Notes under the pieces: generated by a model
Told to the model about the DNA's origin: nothing
The model's input: the letters and a program-made list of their open reading frames with translations, nothing else
The model's database searches: none
Position numbers and translations under genes: made by a program
Shown here: positions 43,832 through 54,539 of the stretch, one piece after another
Numbering within the stretch: the stretch's first letter is position 1
How the letters are laid out: each line of letters starts with the position of its first letter
Assembly (NCBI RefSeq): GCF_046119375.1
Contig: NW_027362767.1
Span: 415,214,001-415,278,000 of the forward strand
Source of the DNA: Phyllobates terribilis
Lineage: Eukaryota
DNA: 64,000 bases
Direction of reading: 5' to 3'

Positions 43832-45632
43832 TGACGCGCCCCCTGGGCCGTGGGGTACTCGGTGCCGGGCCGGTCGTTGCTAGGGGAGATGTCACAGTGG
43901 CGGTGACCCGGTCCGTGACCTAGGGCGGTCAATAAAAGGGGTTATTTACAGGGGATTTATAGTTTTTATATAATGTTCGTGACGCCACCTGTGGTATGCG
44001 GCTATATGGAGCCGCCGCTGCGGAGCAGGTCCTCTGGAGCTGGTGTGAATGCAGCAGAGTTGGTTTAGCGCTCCACGGGTAGAGCTTAGATCCAGGGCAG
44101 TGTAGATGTTGCTGTTATGGTGTAGTGCAGAGGATGGTGCAGATAATGATCACAGAGACAGTAAGGTGCAGTTCTCAGGCTTTACTCACGGTTTCTTAGA
44201 CTTCCAGTTACCAGTACTAGAGTAACTTCCCACGGCGTTCTGTGCTTACTCAGGGAGGGGTTCAGCAAACTCCCAGGTCTCTCTGGAGTACGTAACGGGG
44301 ATTCTTTATGTGTGTTCCTTCTGGTCGTCTCCCTGCACCTCACACCCAGTGTCTCAGGCCAGTGGCCGCGGACCTTGCCGGGCGACGTCTTCTCTGTCCC
44401 CTGGGTCCTCTATGGCCACCTTTCTGGTGATTAGATGTGGCTTGCGGCTGAAGTACCTGAAATACTGCAGCCTCCGGTTTCCTAGTTGAGGCTTAAAGAA
44501 CTCTGCTAGTTTAGGGACCGGTCCCCTCTGTGCGACCTGACCCCTCCACCTCCTGGCAGATTCGGGCGTACGGGTGGCCTCCAGCACTACCCGTACCTCT
44601 GGGGTCCCTTCCACGTTCATGGAGCCTTTCTCCTGCTCCTCTCTTCAGTATTGGGCCTCTCTGGCTAGGCCCTCCTCCTCCTGAGCAGAGCTCCTACAGA
44701 GCTCCTGCTCCCTCTACTTCTCCTCTCAGACTGCTCTGTCCTTTCAAGATGGCTTCTCTATTTATATCACTTCTTTCAATACTCCCCTGATTTACTTCCT
44801 CCACCCACACCCACTACATGGTTCCCATTACTTTGGTTCCCCACACTCCAACCAGGGACAGGACTCAGCAGGAAGCAACGCATCTTGCCCTTCCTGCTGG
44901 TCTGGAGTAGTGTAGTGTTGGATGCAGGTGTTAGGGTCCAGGGCAGTACTCCTTCCTTACCTGAGTGTGAGATACCACACCTCTGGGTGAGATGCAGTAC
45001 CTCTGTTGTGACTGAACCCACAGGGGCGCCACATACCCCCCTGGTAAAACACAGCACGTCCGCGGGCTGGAACAGAGTAAAAACACAGTTTAGAATGCAT
45101 CCACATAGAATATGATAACCAAAACTTTTCTTCCCTTTATGGGAGGCACATTTTCTTAAACGTTACAGGTTTCCTTAGCATATCAAACATTATGAAAGCA
45201 TTTTCAATAACATTCTTCACATATAAAACATTTTTATCACTCTTCAAGTAAGTTCAGCAAACAGATCTGTAACCAGGTGTCCATCTCAGTGGATAAGGTG
45301 CAACATGAACAACATGAGGGACTCGTCCGCAAACCCTCAACGTAGACCCTGGGCGTGGCTACAGGGCATAGATGATCCAGGTGTTGGACCACGTCTTTGG
45401 CCACGCCAAACGGGTTTTTGTTCTGAGGTCAGTCTTGTTGTATAAAACCAATAAGGGGCACTTTAAGAAGTGCAACTATTTACAGTAAAGTTTCTCAGTT
45501 ATTCACCGTCCATAACCTTAATGTCTCTATACCCTTACTTTATGGACATAAAAACAAATAAATTTTTTAAACTTGCAGTGTCTCTGCTGTACCCTTCCGG
45601 GTAACTATATACAGTCCTTTTAAACAAATTGT

Positions 45633-46534
45633 TCAACAGTGGGGCTCCCTCTGGTGGAACTCTTGGTTTCTGCAGGCTGACCCAGCCAGATCATCAGCCT
45701 CGTACTGTGGGGGCATGTCCTTTCTCTCCTTCACCACTCTGTATACCTGGAGGGCATACCACCCGCGCTCTCCCTTGTGGGTAAAGGTGACACGGTCACC
45801 GGGCTAGAGGTCTCGGCCGGGATGCCCATGTTGGAGATGGGGCTCGACGTCCCGCCGATTTACAAAGACGTCCCGATCCGTCTGCGGCTCTCTGACAAAG
45901 CCCCACCCAGCGTCCAGGTCGAACTTCACCACTATCCCCTCCAGACGGGGACTAGGTGTGGTTGATCTCGCCTTGTGGGCCCGGGTTTTGGCTGCCATGT
46001 TCCGGGCCTCCATGTGCTCCCACCACACCTGCCGGTCATGACGCTCCTTCTCCAACTGCAGGAGCTCCCGTCTGCAGTACTCCTCCCTCCTGAGGGCCTG
46101 GGTCTGGGTCTCCCACGGGAACCCCATGAGGTCCCCATCCCGGTTGTCCCACCGAAACTCCTCTCCTCCTAGGCAGGTAACCGGGGGTGCAGGTGTGGGC
46201 GTCAGGGGGAGTCCCTGCTGGTCTTCAAATTTGGCGGACCAGTCGTAGACGGGGCTTCCGTACACCCACTCAGGTGCGGGGGCAGGTGGCTCCGGTAGGG
46301 GGCCTAGGAGTAGGTCGGCGGAGCAGCGTGCCCGGGATTGGAGGCTCTGCCAGGGGGCCCAGGAGCAGGTCAGCACTCTCAGCGCCCGGGACAGGGAGTC
46401 TCCTCTTACCTGCTCCCACAGTGCCTTCCTCTGCCTCATGGCTCTGTTCAGGCTCCTCCGGGGCTGGGGCGCTGCTGGTGGACTGCAGCGCTGGCTGCTG
46501 CCGGGTCACGATCTTCCCCAGCAGCTCCTCCTTC
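45633..46534 (-). pseudogene. Second, 5'-truncated copy of the cold-shock-domain ORF
   Basis: RLEGIVVKFDLDAGWGFVREPQTDRDVFVNRRDVEPHL...GRDL*PGDRVTFTHKGERGWYALQVYRV, with a nonsense codon at 45804 and a frameshift upstream. Confidence 0.85.
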
Positions 46535-47312
46535 TGACGCGCCCCTTGGGCCGTAGGGTACTCGATGCCGGGCCGGTTGTTGCTAGGAGAGATGTCACAG
46601 TGGCGGTGACTCTTCTGTGTGTTCTCCCTCTCTGGCCGTCTCCCTGCACCTCACACCTAGTGTCCCAAACCAGTAACCGCGGGCCTTGTCGGTCGACATC
46701 TGTTCCGTCCCCTGGATCCTCTATGGCTACCTTCTTGGTGAGACTGATATGGACTGTTGGCTGCAGGACTTGAAATACTGCAGCCTCCGGTTTCTAGTTT
46801 GAGACCGGTCCCCTTTGTGCGGCCTGATCCATCCACCTCCTGGTAGATTCGGGCGTACGGGTGGCCTCCAGCACTGCCCGTACCCCTGGGGTCCCTTCCT
46901 CGTTCCTGGAGCCTTCCTTCTGCTCCTCTCCTTCTCAGTCTTGGGTCTTTCTGCTAGGCCCTCCTCCTGAGCAGAGCTCCTGCAGAGCTCCTGCTCCCTC
47001 TACTTCTCACTAACTGAACTGTCTTCTCTGCTTGACCCAAGATGGTTCCCTCTTTTATATCACTTCCTTTCCTGTGCTCCCCTGAACTACATCCTCCACC
47101 CACACCCACTACATGGTTCCACTCTTCAGCTAGGGACCAGGGATTGTGCTCTCCCTTAGGAGCAATATCGCCCTGCCCCCACTGAAGTGGAATGTGTTGG
47201 ATGCAGGTGTTAGGGTCCCGGGCCGTACTCCTTCCTTACCTGAGAGTGAGATACCACACATCTGGGTGAGATGCAGTACCTCTGTGGCGACCGAACCCTC
47301 AGGGGCGCCATA
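46535..47312 (-). mobile_element. Internally deleted LTR of a sister subfamily, between the two CSD ORF copies
   Basis: Same termini (tgacgcgcccc...ggggcgcca) but a diverged internal sequence matching 47327-48465. Confidence 0.8.
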
Positions 47313-47326
47313 TAGTAAAACACAGC

Positions 47327-48465
47327 TGTGGCGCCCCTGAGGGTTCGGTCGCCACAGAGGTACTGCATCTCACCCAGAGGTGTGATATCTCACTCTCAGG
47401 TAAGGAAGGAGTACAGCTCGGGACCCTAACACCTGCATCCAACACATACCCACAGTGGGGGTAGGGCGAGATTGCTCCTAAGGAAGAGCACAGTCCCGGG
47501 TCCCTAGCTGTGGGGACGGACTATGTAGTGGGTGTGGGTGGAGGAAGTAGCTTAGGGGAGCACATGGAAGGAAGGTATAAATAGAGAAGCCATCTTGTTT
47601 AGTGAGTTCAGATCAGATCAGAACAGTGAGAACAGTCTACAGTGAGAGGAGAGGAGGCAGGAAGGGCTCCAGGAACGGAAGAAGGGACCCCAGGGTACGG
47701 GCAGTGCTGGAGGCCACCCGTACCCCTGAATCTACCAGGAGGTGGAGGGGTCAGGCCTCACAAAGGGGACCGGTCCCTCAACTAGCAGAGCACTTTATGT
47801 CTTAACTAGAAACCGGAGGCTGTAGTATTTCAAGTCCTGCAGCCAACAGTCCATATCAGTCTCACCAAGAAGGTAGCTATAGAGGACCCAGGGGACAGAA
47901 CAGACGTCGCCCGACAAGGCCCGCAGGTACCGGATTGGGACACTAGGCATGAGGTGCAGGGAGACGGCCAGAGAGAGGACATAGAAGGGGGTCCTGTTAA
48001 GTACTCCGGAGATATCTGAGGGTGGACTGAACCCCTCCCTGAGTAAGCGCAGCATGACGAGGGAAGTTACATTGGTGCCTGTAACACTGACTGCAATAAC
48101 CGTGAGTAAAGACCCTGAGGACTGCACTTCATTGTCTCAGTGATTATTGCTGCGCCATCAAACCCTGCACTACAACGCCCAGCACAACCTACAACATCTA
48201 CACTGCCCTGGAGCTAAGCTCTACCTGTGGAGAGCCACACCAACCCTGCTGCACTAACAACCGCTCCAGAGGTTCTGCACAGCAGCGGCGGCTCCACATA
48301 GCCGCATACCACAGGTGGCGTCACGAACTTTGTATATAAATCCCCTGTAAATAATCCCCTTTTATTGACCACCCTGGGTCACGGACGGGGTCACCGCCAC
48401 TGTGACATATCCCCCAGGATCTACCGGCCCAGCACTGGGTACCCCACGGCCAAGGGGGTGCATCA
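47327..48465 (+). mobile_element. Solo LTR of the same superfamily, inverted insertion
   Basis: TGTGGCGCC...GCATCA with 4-bp TSD CAGC (47323-47326 and 48466-48469). TATAAATA at 47576. Confidence 0.88.
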
Positions 48466-49015
48466 CAGCACGTCCACGGGCTGGAACAGAGCAAAACATA
48501 TTTTAAAGACATGCAAAATTTTTGAATGCATTCGCATATAAGATTATAAACATAACAGTTCTTCCCTTTATGGGAGGCACATTTCTTGAACGTTACATTT
48601 GTTTTATCAAACATCATAAAAGCACTTTTAATACCATGTTCCTTTTTACATAAAACATTTGTAGCAGGTTACAGTACGGGTGTCCATTCTCTTTAACAAG
48701 GTGCTACTTGGTGAACATGAGGGACCCGCCCGAAAACCCTCAACGTAGGCCCTGGGCGTGGCTGCAGGGCATGGATGATTCCGGTGCTGGACCACATCTT
48801 CGGCCACGCCAAACGGGTTTTTGTTCTGAGGTCAGCTTTGTATGTATAAAACCAATAAGGGGCACTTTAAGAAGTGCAACTATGTACAACGGAAAGTTTT
48901 GGTTATTCACTGTCCATAACCTGACAGTCCTTTTACCTTTACCGGGTATTTATGCAAACACAAACTTTTCAACTTTTTAAACTTGCAGTGTCACTGCTGT
49001 ACCCTTTCCAGGTAA

Positions 49016-50290
49016 CTATAGACAGTTTCTGTAAAACAGACAGTTTAACAGTGGGGCTCCCTCCGGGGGAAACTCCTGGTTTCTACAGGCTGACCCAGCC
49101 GGGTCTTCAGCCTCGTACTGCGGGGGCATGTCTCTCCTCCCCTTCGCCACTCGGTATACCTGGAGGGCATACCACCCGCGCTCGCCCTTGTGGTGGGTAA
49201 ATGTGACATAGTCACCGGGATAAAGGTCTCGGCCGGCGTGCCCCTGTTGGAGGTGGGGCTCTACCTCCCGCCAGTTGACGAACACGTCCCGATCAGTTTG
49301 CGGCTCTCTCACAAAGCCCCACCCACCATCCAGATCAAATTTTACGACTATCCCCTCCAGACGGGGACTTGACGTAGTGGACCTGGCTTTGCGGGCCCAG
49401 ATTTTGGCCACCATGTTCCGGGCCTCCATTTGTTCCCACCGCACCTGCCGGTCATGACGCTCCTTCTCCATCTGCAGGAGCTCCCGTCTACAGTACTCCT
49501 CCCTCCGGAGGGCCTGGGTCTGCGTCTCCCACGGGAACCCCATGAGGTCTCCCTCCCAGTTGTCCCACTGGAACTCCTCTCCCTCCTGGCAGGTAACCAG
49601 GGGTGCAGGTGTCAAAGGGGGTCCTTGCTGGTCTTCATAATTGGCAGACCAGTCGTAGGCGGGGCTTCCATATACCCACTCGGGTGCGGGGGCTGGTGGC
49701 TCCGGTAGGGGGCCCAGGAGCAGGTCGGCGAAGCAGGCGCCTGGGACGGGAGATTCCACCAGGAGACCGGGGAGCAGATCGGCAGAGCAGGCGCCCGGGA
49801 TCAGAGGTTCCGCCAGGGGACCCAGGAGTAGGTCGGTGGAGCAGGCGCCCAGAATGGGAGGTTCTGCCAAGGGACCCAGGAGCAGATTGGCAGAGCAGGC
49901 GCCCGGGATCGGAGGTTCTGCCAGGGAGCCCAGGAGCAGGTCAGCACTCTCAGCGCCCAGGACAGGGAGTCTCTTATTACGTGCTCCCGCGGCCGCGCTT
50001 GTGCCGTCCTTTGCCTCCTGGCTCTGTTCAGGCTCCTCCGGGGCTGGGACGCTGCTGGTGAAGTGCAGCGCTGGCTGCGGCCGGATCACAAGCTTCTCCA
50101 GCAGCTCCTTCTTCCAGCCGGCGATGGCATCCTGCTGGGCCCTATCCATCCTCCGGCCTAGCTCCTGGATTTCAGCCTGGAAGAACTCGGTATCTTCCAG
50201 GGATAGCTCTGCCATTGCCTCTTCCAGGGTGAGAAGCGTTGTTGATCGCTGCAGGCCTTGGACGGGAGCTTGCTCCTGACTCTCCTCCAT
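49016..50290 (-). CDS. Retroelement-encoded protein: coiled coil, Pro-rich 18-aa repeats, cold-shock domain (about 424 aa)
   Basis: Open from MEESQEQ to the stop. C-terminal GIVVKFDLDGGWGFVREPQTDRDVFVN...LYPGDYVTFTHHKGERGWYALQV aligns to a CSD (RNP1 GWGFV, RNP2 VFV), followed by PPQY. Confidence 0.75.
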   Translation of the reverse strand: MEESQEQAPVQGLQRSTTLLTLEEAMAELSLEDTEFFQAEIQELGRRMDRAQQDAIAGWKKELLEKLVIRPQPALHFTSSVPAPEEPEQSQEAKDGTSAAAGARNKRLPVLGAESADLLLGSLAEPPIPGACSANLLLGPLAEPPILGACSTDLLLGPLAEPLIPGACSADLLPGLLVESPVPGACFADLLLGPLPEPPAPAPEWVYGSPAYDWSANYEDQQGPPLTPAPLVTCQEGEEFQWDNWEGDLMGFPWETQTQALRREEYCRRELLQMEKERHDRQVRWEQMEARNMVAKIWARKARSTTSSPRLEGIVVKFDLDGGWGFVREPQTDRDVFVNWREVEPHLQQGHAGRDLYPGDYVTFTHHKGERGWYALQVYRVAKGRRDMPPQYEAEDPAGSACRNQEFPPEGAPLLNCLFYRNCL

Positions 50291-50446
50291 ATCGCCTGCC
50301 AGGTGCGGTCTGTCTAGATTGCTGGAGACCCCACCCTGTCTCCCAGTTTTCTCCTCTCCTCTCCCCTTTCGGGGGCGGTTCCATGGCAGCTTGCTGTCAG
50401 ACACACCTTGGGGCAGCCCCCCCAGCTTTATGGACACATCCACATA

Positions 50447-52076
50447 CAGTACAGACCAAAAGTTTGGACACACCTTCTCATTGAAAGGTTTTTCTGTATT
50501 TTCATGATTATGAAAATTGTACATTCACACTGAATGCATCAAAACTATGAATTAACACATGTGGAATTATATACTTAACAAAAAAGTGTGAAACAACTGA
50601 AAATATGTTTTAGATTCTAGGTTCTTCAAAGTAGCCACCTTTTGCTTTAATGACTGCTTTGCACACTCTTGGCATTCTCTTGATGAGCATCAAGAGGTAG
50701 TCACCGGAAATGGTCTTCCAACAATCTTGAAGGAGTTCCCAGAGATGCTTATCACTTGTTGGCCCTTTTGCCTTCACTCTGCGGTCCAGCTCACCCCAAA
50801 CCATCTCGATTGGGTTCAGGTCTGGTGACTGTGGAGGCCAGGTCATCTGGGGTAGCACCCCATCAATTTCCTTCTTGGTCAAATAGCCCTTACACAGCCT
50901 GGAGGTGTGTTTGGGGTCATTGTCCTGTTGAAAAATAAATGATGGTGCAACTAAACGCAAACCGGATGGAATAGCATGCCGCTGCAAGATGCTGTGGTAG
51001 TCATGCTGGTTCAGTATGCCTTCAATTTTGAATAAATCCCAAATAGAGTCACCAGCAAAGCACCCCCACACCATCACACCTCCTCCTCCATGCTTCACGG
51101 TGGGAACCAGGCATGTAGGGTCCATCCGTTCACCTTTTCTGTTTCGCACAAAGACACGGTGGTTGGAACCAAAGATCTCAAACTTGGACTCATCAGACCA
51201 AAGCACAGATTTCCACTGGTCTAATGTCCATTCCTTGTGTTCTTTAGCCTAAACAAGTCTCTTCTGCTTGTTGCCTGTCCTTAGCAGTGGTTTCCTAGCA
51301 GCTATTTTACCATAAAGACCTGCTGCACAAAGTCTCCTCTTAACAATTGTTGAAGAGATGTGTCTGCTGCTAGAACTCTGTGTGGCATTGACCTGGTCTC
51401 TAATCTGAGCTGCTGTTAACCTGCGATTTCTGAGGCTGGTGACTCGGATAAACTTATCCTCAGAAGCAGAAGTGACTCTTGGTCTTCCTTTCCTTGGGCA
51501 GTCCTCATATGAGCCAGTTTCTTTGTAGCGCTTGATGGTTTTTGCAACTGCACTTGGGGACGCTTTCAAAGTTTTCCCAATTTTTCGGACTGACTGACCT
51601 TCATTTCTTAAAATAATGATGGCCACTCGTTTTTCTTTACTTAGCTGATTTTTTCTTGCAATAATACAAATTCTAACAGTCTATTCAGTAGGACTATCAG
51701 CTGTGTATCCACCAGACTTTTGCACAACACAACTGATGGTCCCAACCCCATTTATAATGCAAGAAATCCCACTTATTAAACCTGACAGGGCACACCTGTG
51801 AAGTGAAAACCATTTCCGGTGACAATCTCTTGAAGCTCATCAAGAGAATGCCAAGAGTGTGCAAAGCAGTCATCAAAGCAAAAGGTGGCTACTTTGAAGA
51901 ACCTAGAATATAAGACATATTTTCAGTTGTTTCACACTTTTTTGTTAAGTATATAATTCCACATGTGTTAATTCATAGTTTTGATGCCTTCAGTGTGAAT
52001 GTACAATTTTCATAGTCATGAAAATACAGAAAAATCTTTAAATGAGAAGGTGTGTCCAAACTTTTGGTCTGTACTG
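50447..52076 (-). mobile_element. Near-intact Tc1 (DD34E) transposon with long TIRs, inserted in the LTR element leader
   Basis: TA TSD and about 270-bp TIRs starting cagtacagaccaaaagtttggacac. The transposase at 51626-50610 is in one frame with a single stop at 51249 ([23 protein letters not shown]). Confidence 0.92.
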
Positions 52077-52268
52077 TACATGGTCACTGCTGCTCGGGGC
52101 AGGCCTCTCTTTTGGCGCCATTCTGGAACCCGGCCCATGATGGGAGGTGGTTTCTTGTTGTCTTTGGTCTAGCACATAATGGCGCCCGTTCTTCTGGGGC
52201 GGGTGCCACATTCAGTATAGAACACAGTCTCTAGGCGCACAATACCCGGTGATAACGGGTGGGTTCAT

Positions 52269-52286
52269 ATCCTGTTCGTGACGCCA
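52269..52286 (-). promoter_or_regulatory. Primer-binding site complementary to tRNA-Ser(CGA)
   Basis: TGGCGTCACGAACAGGAT, a few bp after the 5' LTR, is complementary to the tRNA 3' end ...ATCCTGTTCGTGACG-CCA (recalled as vertebrate Ser-CGA). Confidence 0.75.
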
Positions 52287-53499
52287 AAGTTGACCCGCCC
52301 CCTGGGCCGTGGGGTACCCGGTGCCGGGCTATATGGAGCCGCCGCTGCGATGCAGGTCCTCTGAAGCTGGTGTGAATGCAGCAGAGTTGGTTTAGCTCTC
52401 CACAGGTAGAGCTTAGCTCCAGGGCAGTGTAGATGTTGCTGTTATGGTGTAGTGCAGAGGATTGCGCAGATAATGATCACAGAGACAGTGAGGTGCAGTC
52501 CTCAGGCTTTACTCACGGTTTCTTAGACTTCCAGTTACCAGTACTAGAGTAACTTCCCACGTCGTTCTGTGCTTACTCAGGGAGGGGTTCAGCAAACTCC
52601 CAGGTCTCTCCGGAGTATGTAACGGGACCCCCTTCTGTGTGTTCCTTCTGGCCATCTCCCTGCACCTCACACCCAGTGTCTCAGGCCAGTGGCCGCGGAC
52701 CTTGCCAGGCGACGACTTCTCTGTCCCATGGGTCCTCTATGGCCACCTTTCTGGTGATTAGATGTGGCTTGCGGCTGCAGTACCTGAAATACTGCAGCCT
52801 CCGGTTTCCTAGTTGAGGCTTAAACAACTCTGCTAGTTTAGGGACTGATCCCCTCTGTGCGACCTGACCCCTCCACCTCCTGGCAGATTCGGGCGTACGG
52901 GTGGCCTCCAGCACTACCCGTACCCCTGGGGTCCCTTCCATGTTCCTGGAGCCTTTCTCCTGCTCCTCTCTTCAGTCTTGGGCCTCTCTGGCTAGGCCCT
53001 CCTCCTTCTGAGCAGAGCTCCTACCGAGTACTTGCTCCCTCTACTTCTCCTCTCAGACTGCTTTGTCCTTTCAAGATGGCTTCTCTATTTATATCACTTC
53101 TTTCAATGCTCCCCTGATTTACTTCCTCCACCCACACCCACTACATGGTTCCCCCTACTTTGGTTCCCCCCACTCCAACCAGGGACAGGACTCAGCAGGA
53201 AGCAACGCATCTTACCCTTCCTGCTGGTCTGGAGCAGTGTAGTGTTGGATGCAGGTGTTAGGGTCCCGAGCAGTACTCCTTCCTTACCTGAGAGTGAGAT
53301 ACCACACCTCTGGATGAGATGCAGTACCTCTGTGGCGACTGAACCCGCAGGGGCGCCACACTTACTGTATGTTGTCGCTCCTTGCACAGCCTGTCACCGA
53401 GACTGCAGGTCTCTGTACAGCTGCACTCTTGCTGCACAGCTTCTCCCACTGGTGTTGTATTCACAGAGGTGTAGGTCCACTGGAGCTGATGGTGACGCC

Positions 53500-54539
53500 G
53501 CAGAGTTGGTTCAGCTCTCCACGGGCAGGGCTAAGCTCCAGGGCATTATATGATGAATTGTGTTGGTAGATGTTGCTGGTGCTGTGTAGTGCAGGGCTGG
53601 TAATGGTGCAGCAATTATTAAAGGACACAGTGGGGTGCAGTCTTCAGGTTTTACTCACAGTTGTTCAAGACTTCAGGTTACAGTTACCGGTGTGTAACCG
53701 CCCATGTCGTCCTGTGTCCTCCGGGGTAGGGGTCCAGCAAACCCTCAGGTATCTCAGGAGCACTTGCACGGGACCCCGTTCTATGTACCTTTCCTGGCCG
53801 TCTCACTGCGCTGGCTCTCGCCCTCCTGCCCTGCGCCTCACAATCAGTGTCCCAAGCCAGTGGCCTTGGACCTTGTTGGGCGACGTGCTCTCAGTCCCCT
53901 GGATGCTATGCGGCCACCTTTTCGGTGATGTAATTGTGGATTTTGGCTGCAACACCTTGAAAATGCAGCAGCCGCCGGTTGTCTAGCTGAGCCTGGTTGT
54001 TCTCCACTAGTTTTGGGGCCGGTCCCCTTCTGCGGCCTGATCCCTCCATGTCAGCGTGGATTCGGGCGCACAGGTGGCATCCGCACTCACCGTGCCCCTG
54101 GGATCCCCTCTGTCTTTCTCTTGGAGCCCTTCTCACTGCTCCTCTCTTCTTTCTTTCCTTCTCCTGGGCCTCTCTCACTGGGCCCAACTCCTCTCTCAAC
54201 TCCCTTGAGCAGAGCTCCTCCTGAGCTCCTGCTCTGAACTCTCACTCTGACTGAACTCTCTCTAGAACCTTCTACCATCTCTTTTATACTGCTATGCTCT
54301 GTGCTCCATTGAACTGCTTCCTCCAAACCACCTCCTCTACCTAGTTCCACCCTTCAGCTAGGAACCAGGGACTGTGCTCTTCCTTAGGAGCAATCTTGCC
54401 CTTCCCTATTGAAGTGGAGTGTATTGGATGTGGGTGTGTGGGTCCCGGGTAGTACTCCTTCCTTACCCGAGAGTGGGGTACCACACCTCTGGGTGAGATG
54501 CAGTACCTCTGTGGCAACTGGATCTGCAGGGGCGCCACA
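53500..54539 (-). mobile_element. Older LTR of a third subfamily (5' part of element Z)
   Basis: Ends in ggggcgccaca and shares the gagatgcagtacctctgtggc and gggtcc...agtactccttccttacc blocks with the other LTRs, but is more diverged. Confidence 0.7.

Larger units (their letters stand above)
43832..53360 (-). mobile_element. Non-autonomous LTR retroelement carrying a cold-shock-domain ORF, with nested insertions
   Basis: 5' LTR 53360-52291 and 3' LTR 45033-43832, with TG...CA ends and about 95% identity by eye. 4-bp TSD CTTA at 43828-43831 and 53361-53364. PBS at 52286-52269 and PPT-like accagggggg(ta) just inside the 3' LTR. No RT, IN or CA motifs inside. Confidence 0.85.

Noticed and set aside
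44354-45115. ORFs inside LTRs (also 47602-48127, 52681-53553, 59175-60160)
   Set aside because: They are GC-rich LTR sequence, and the frames are not conserved between LTR copies.
50291-50524. N-terminal 78 aa of the 502-aa ORF
   Set aside because: It starts inside the Tc1 TIR and runs through leader sequence. The likely start is MEESQ at 50290, though a frameshifted start at 50384 cannot be excluded.
52269-52286. tRNA-like sequence
   Set aside because: Only 18 nt matching a tRNA 3' end plus CCA, so it is a PBS, not a tRNA gene. I saw no tRNA, rRNA or CRISPR arrays in the window.
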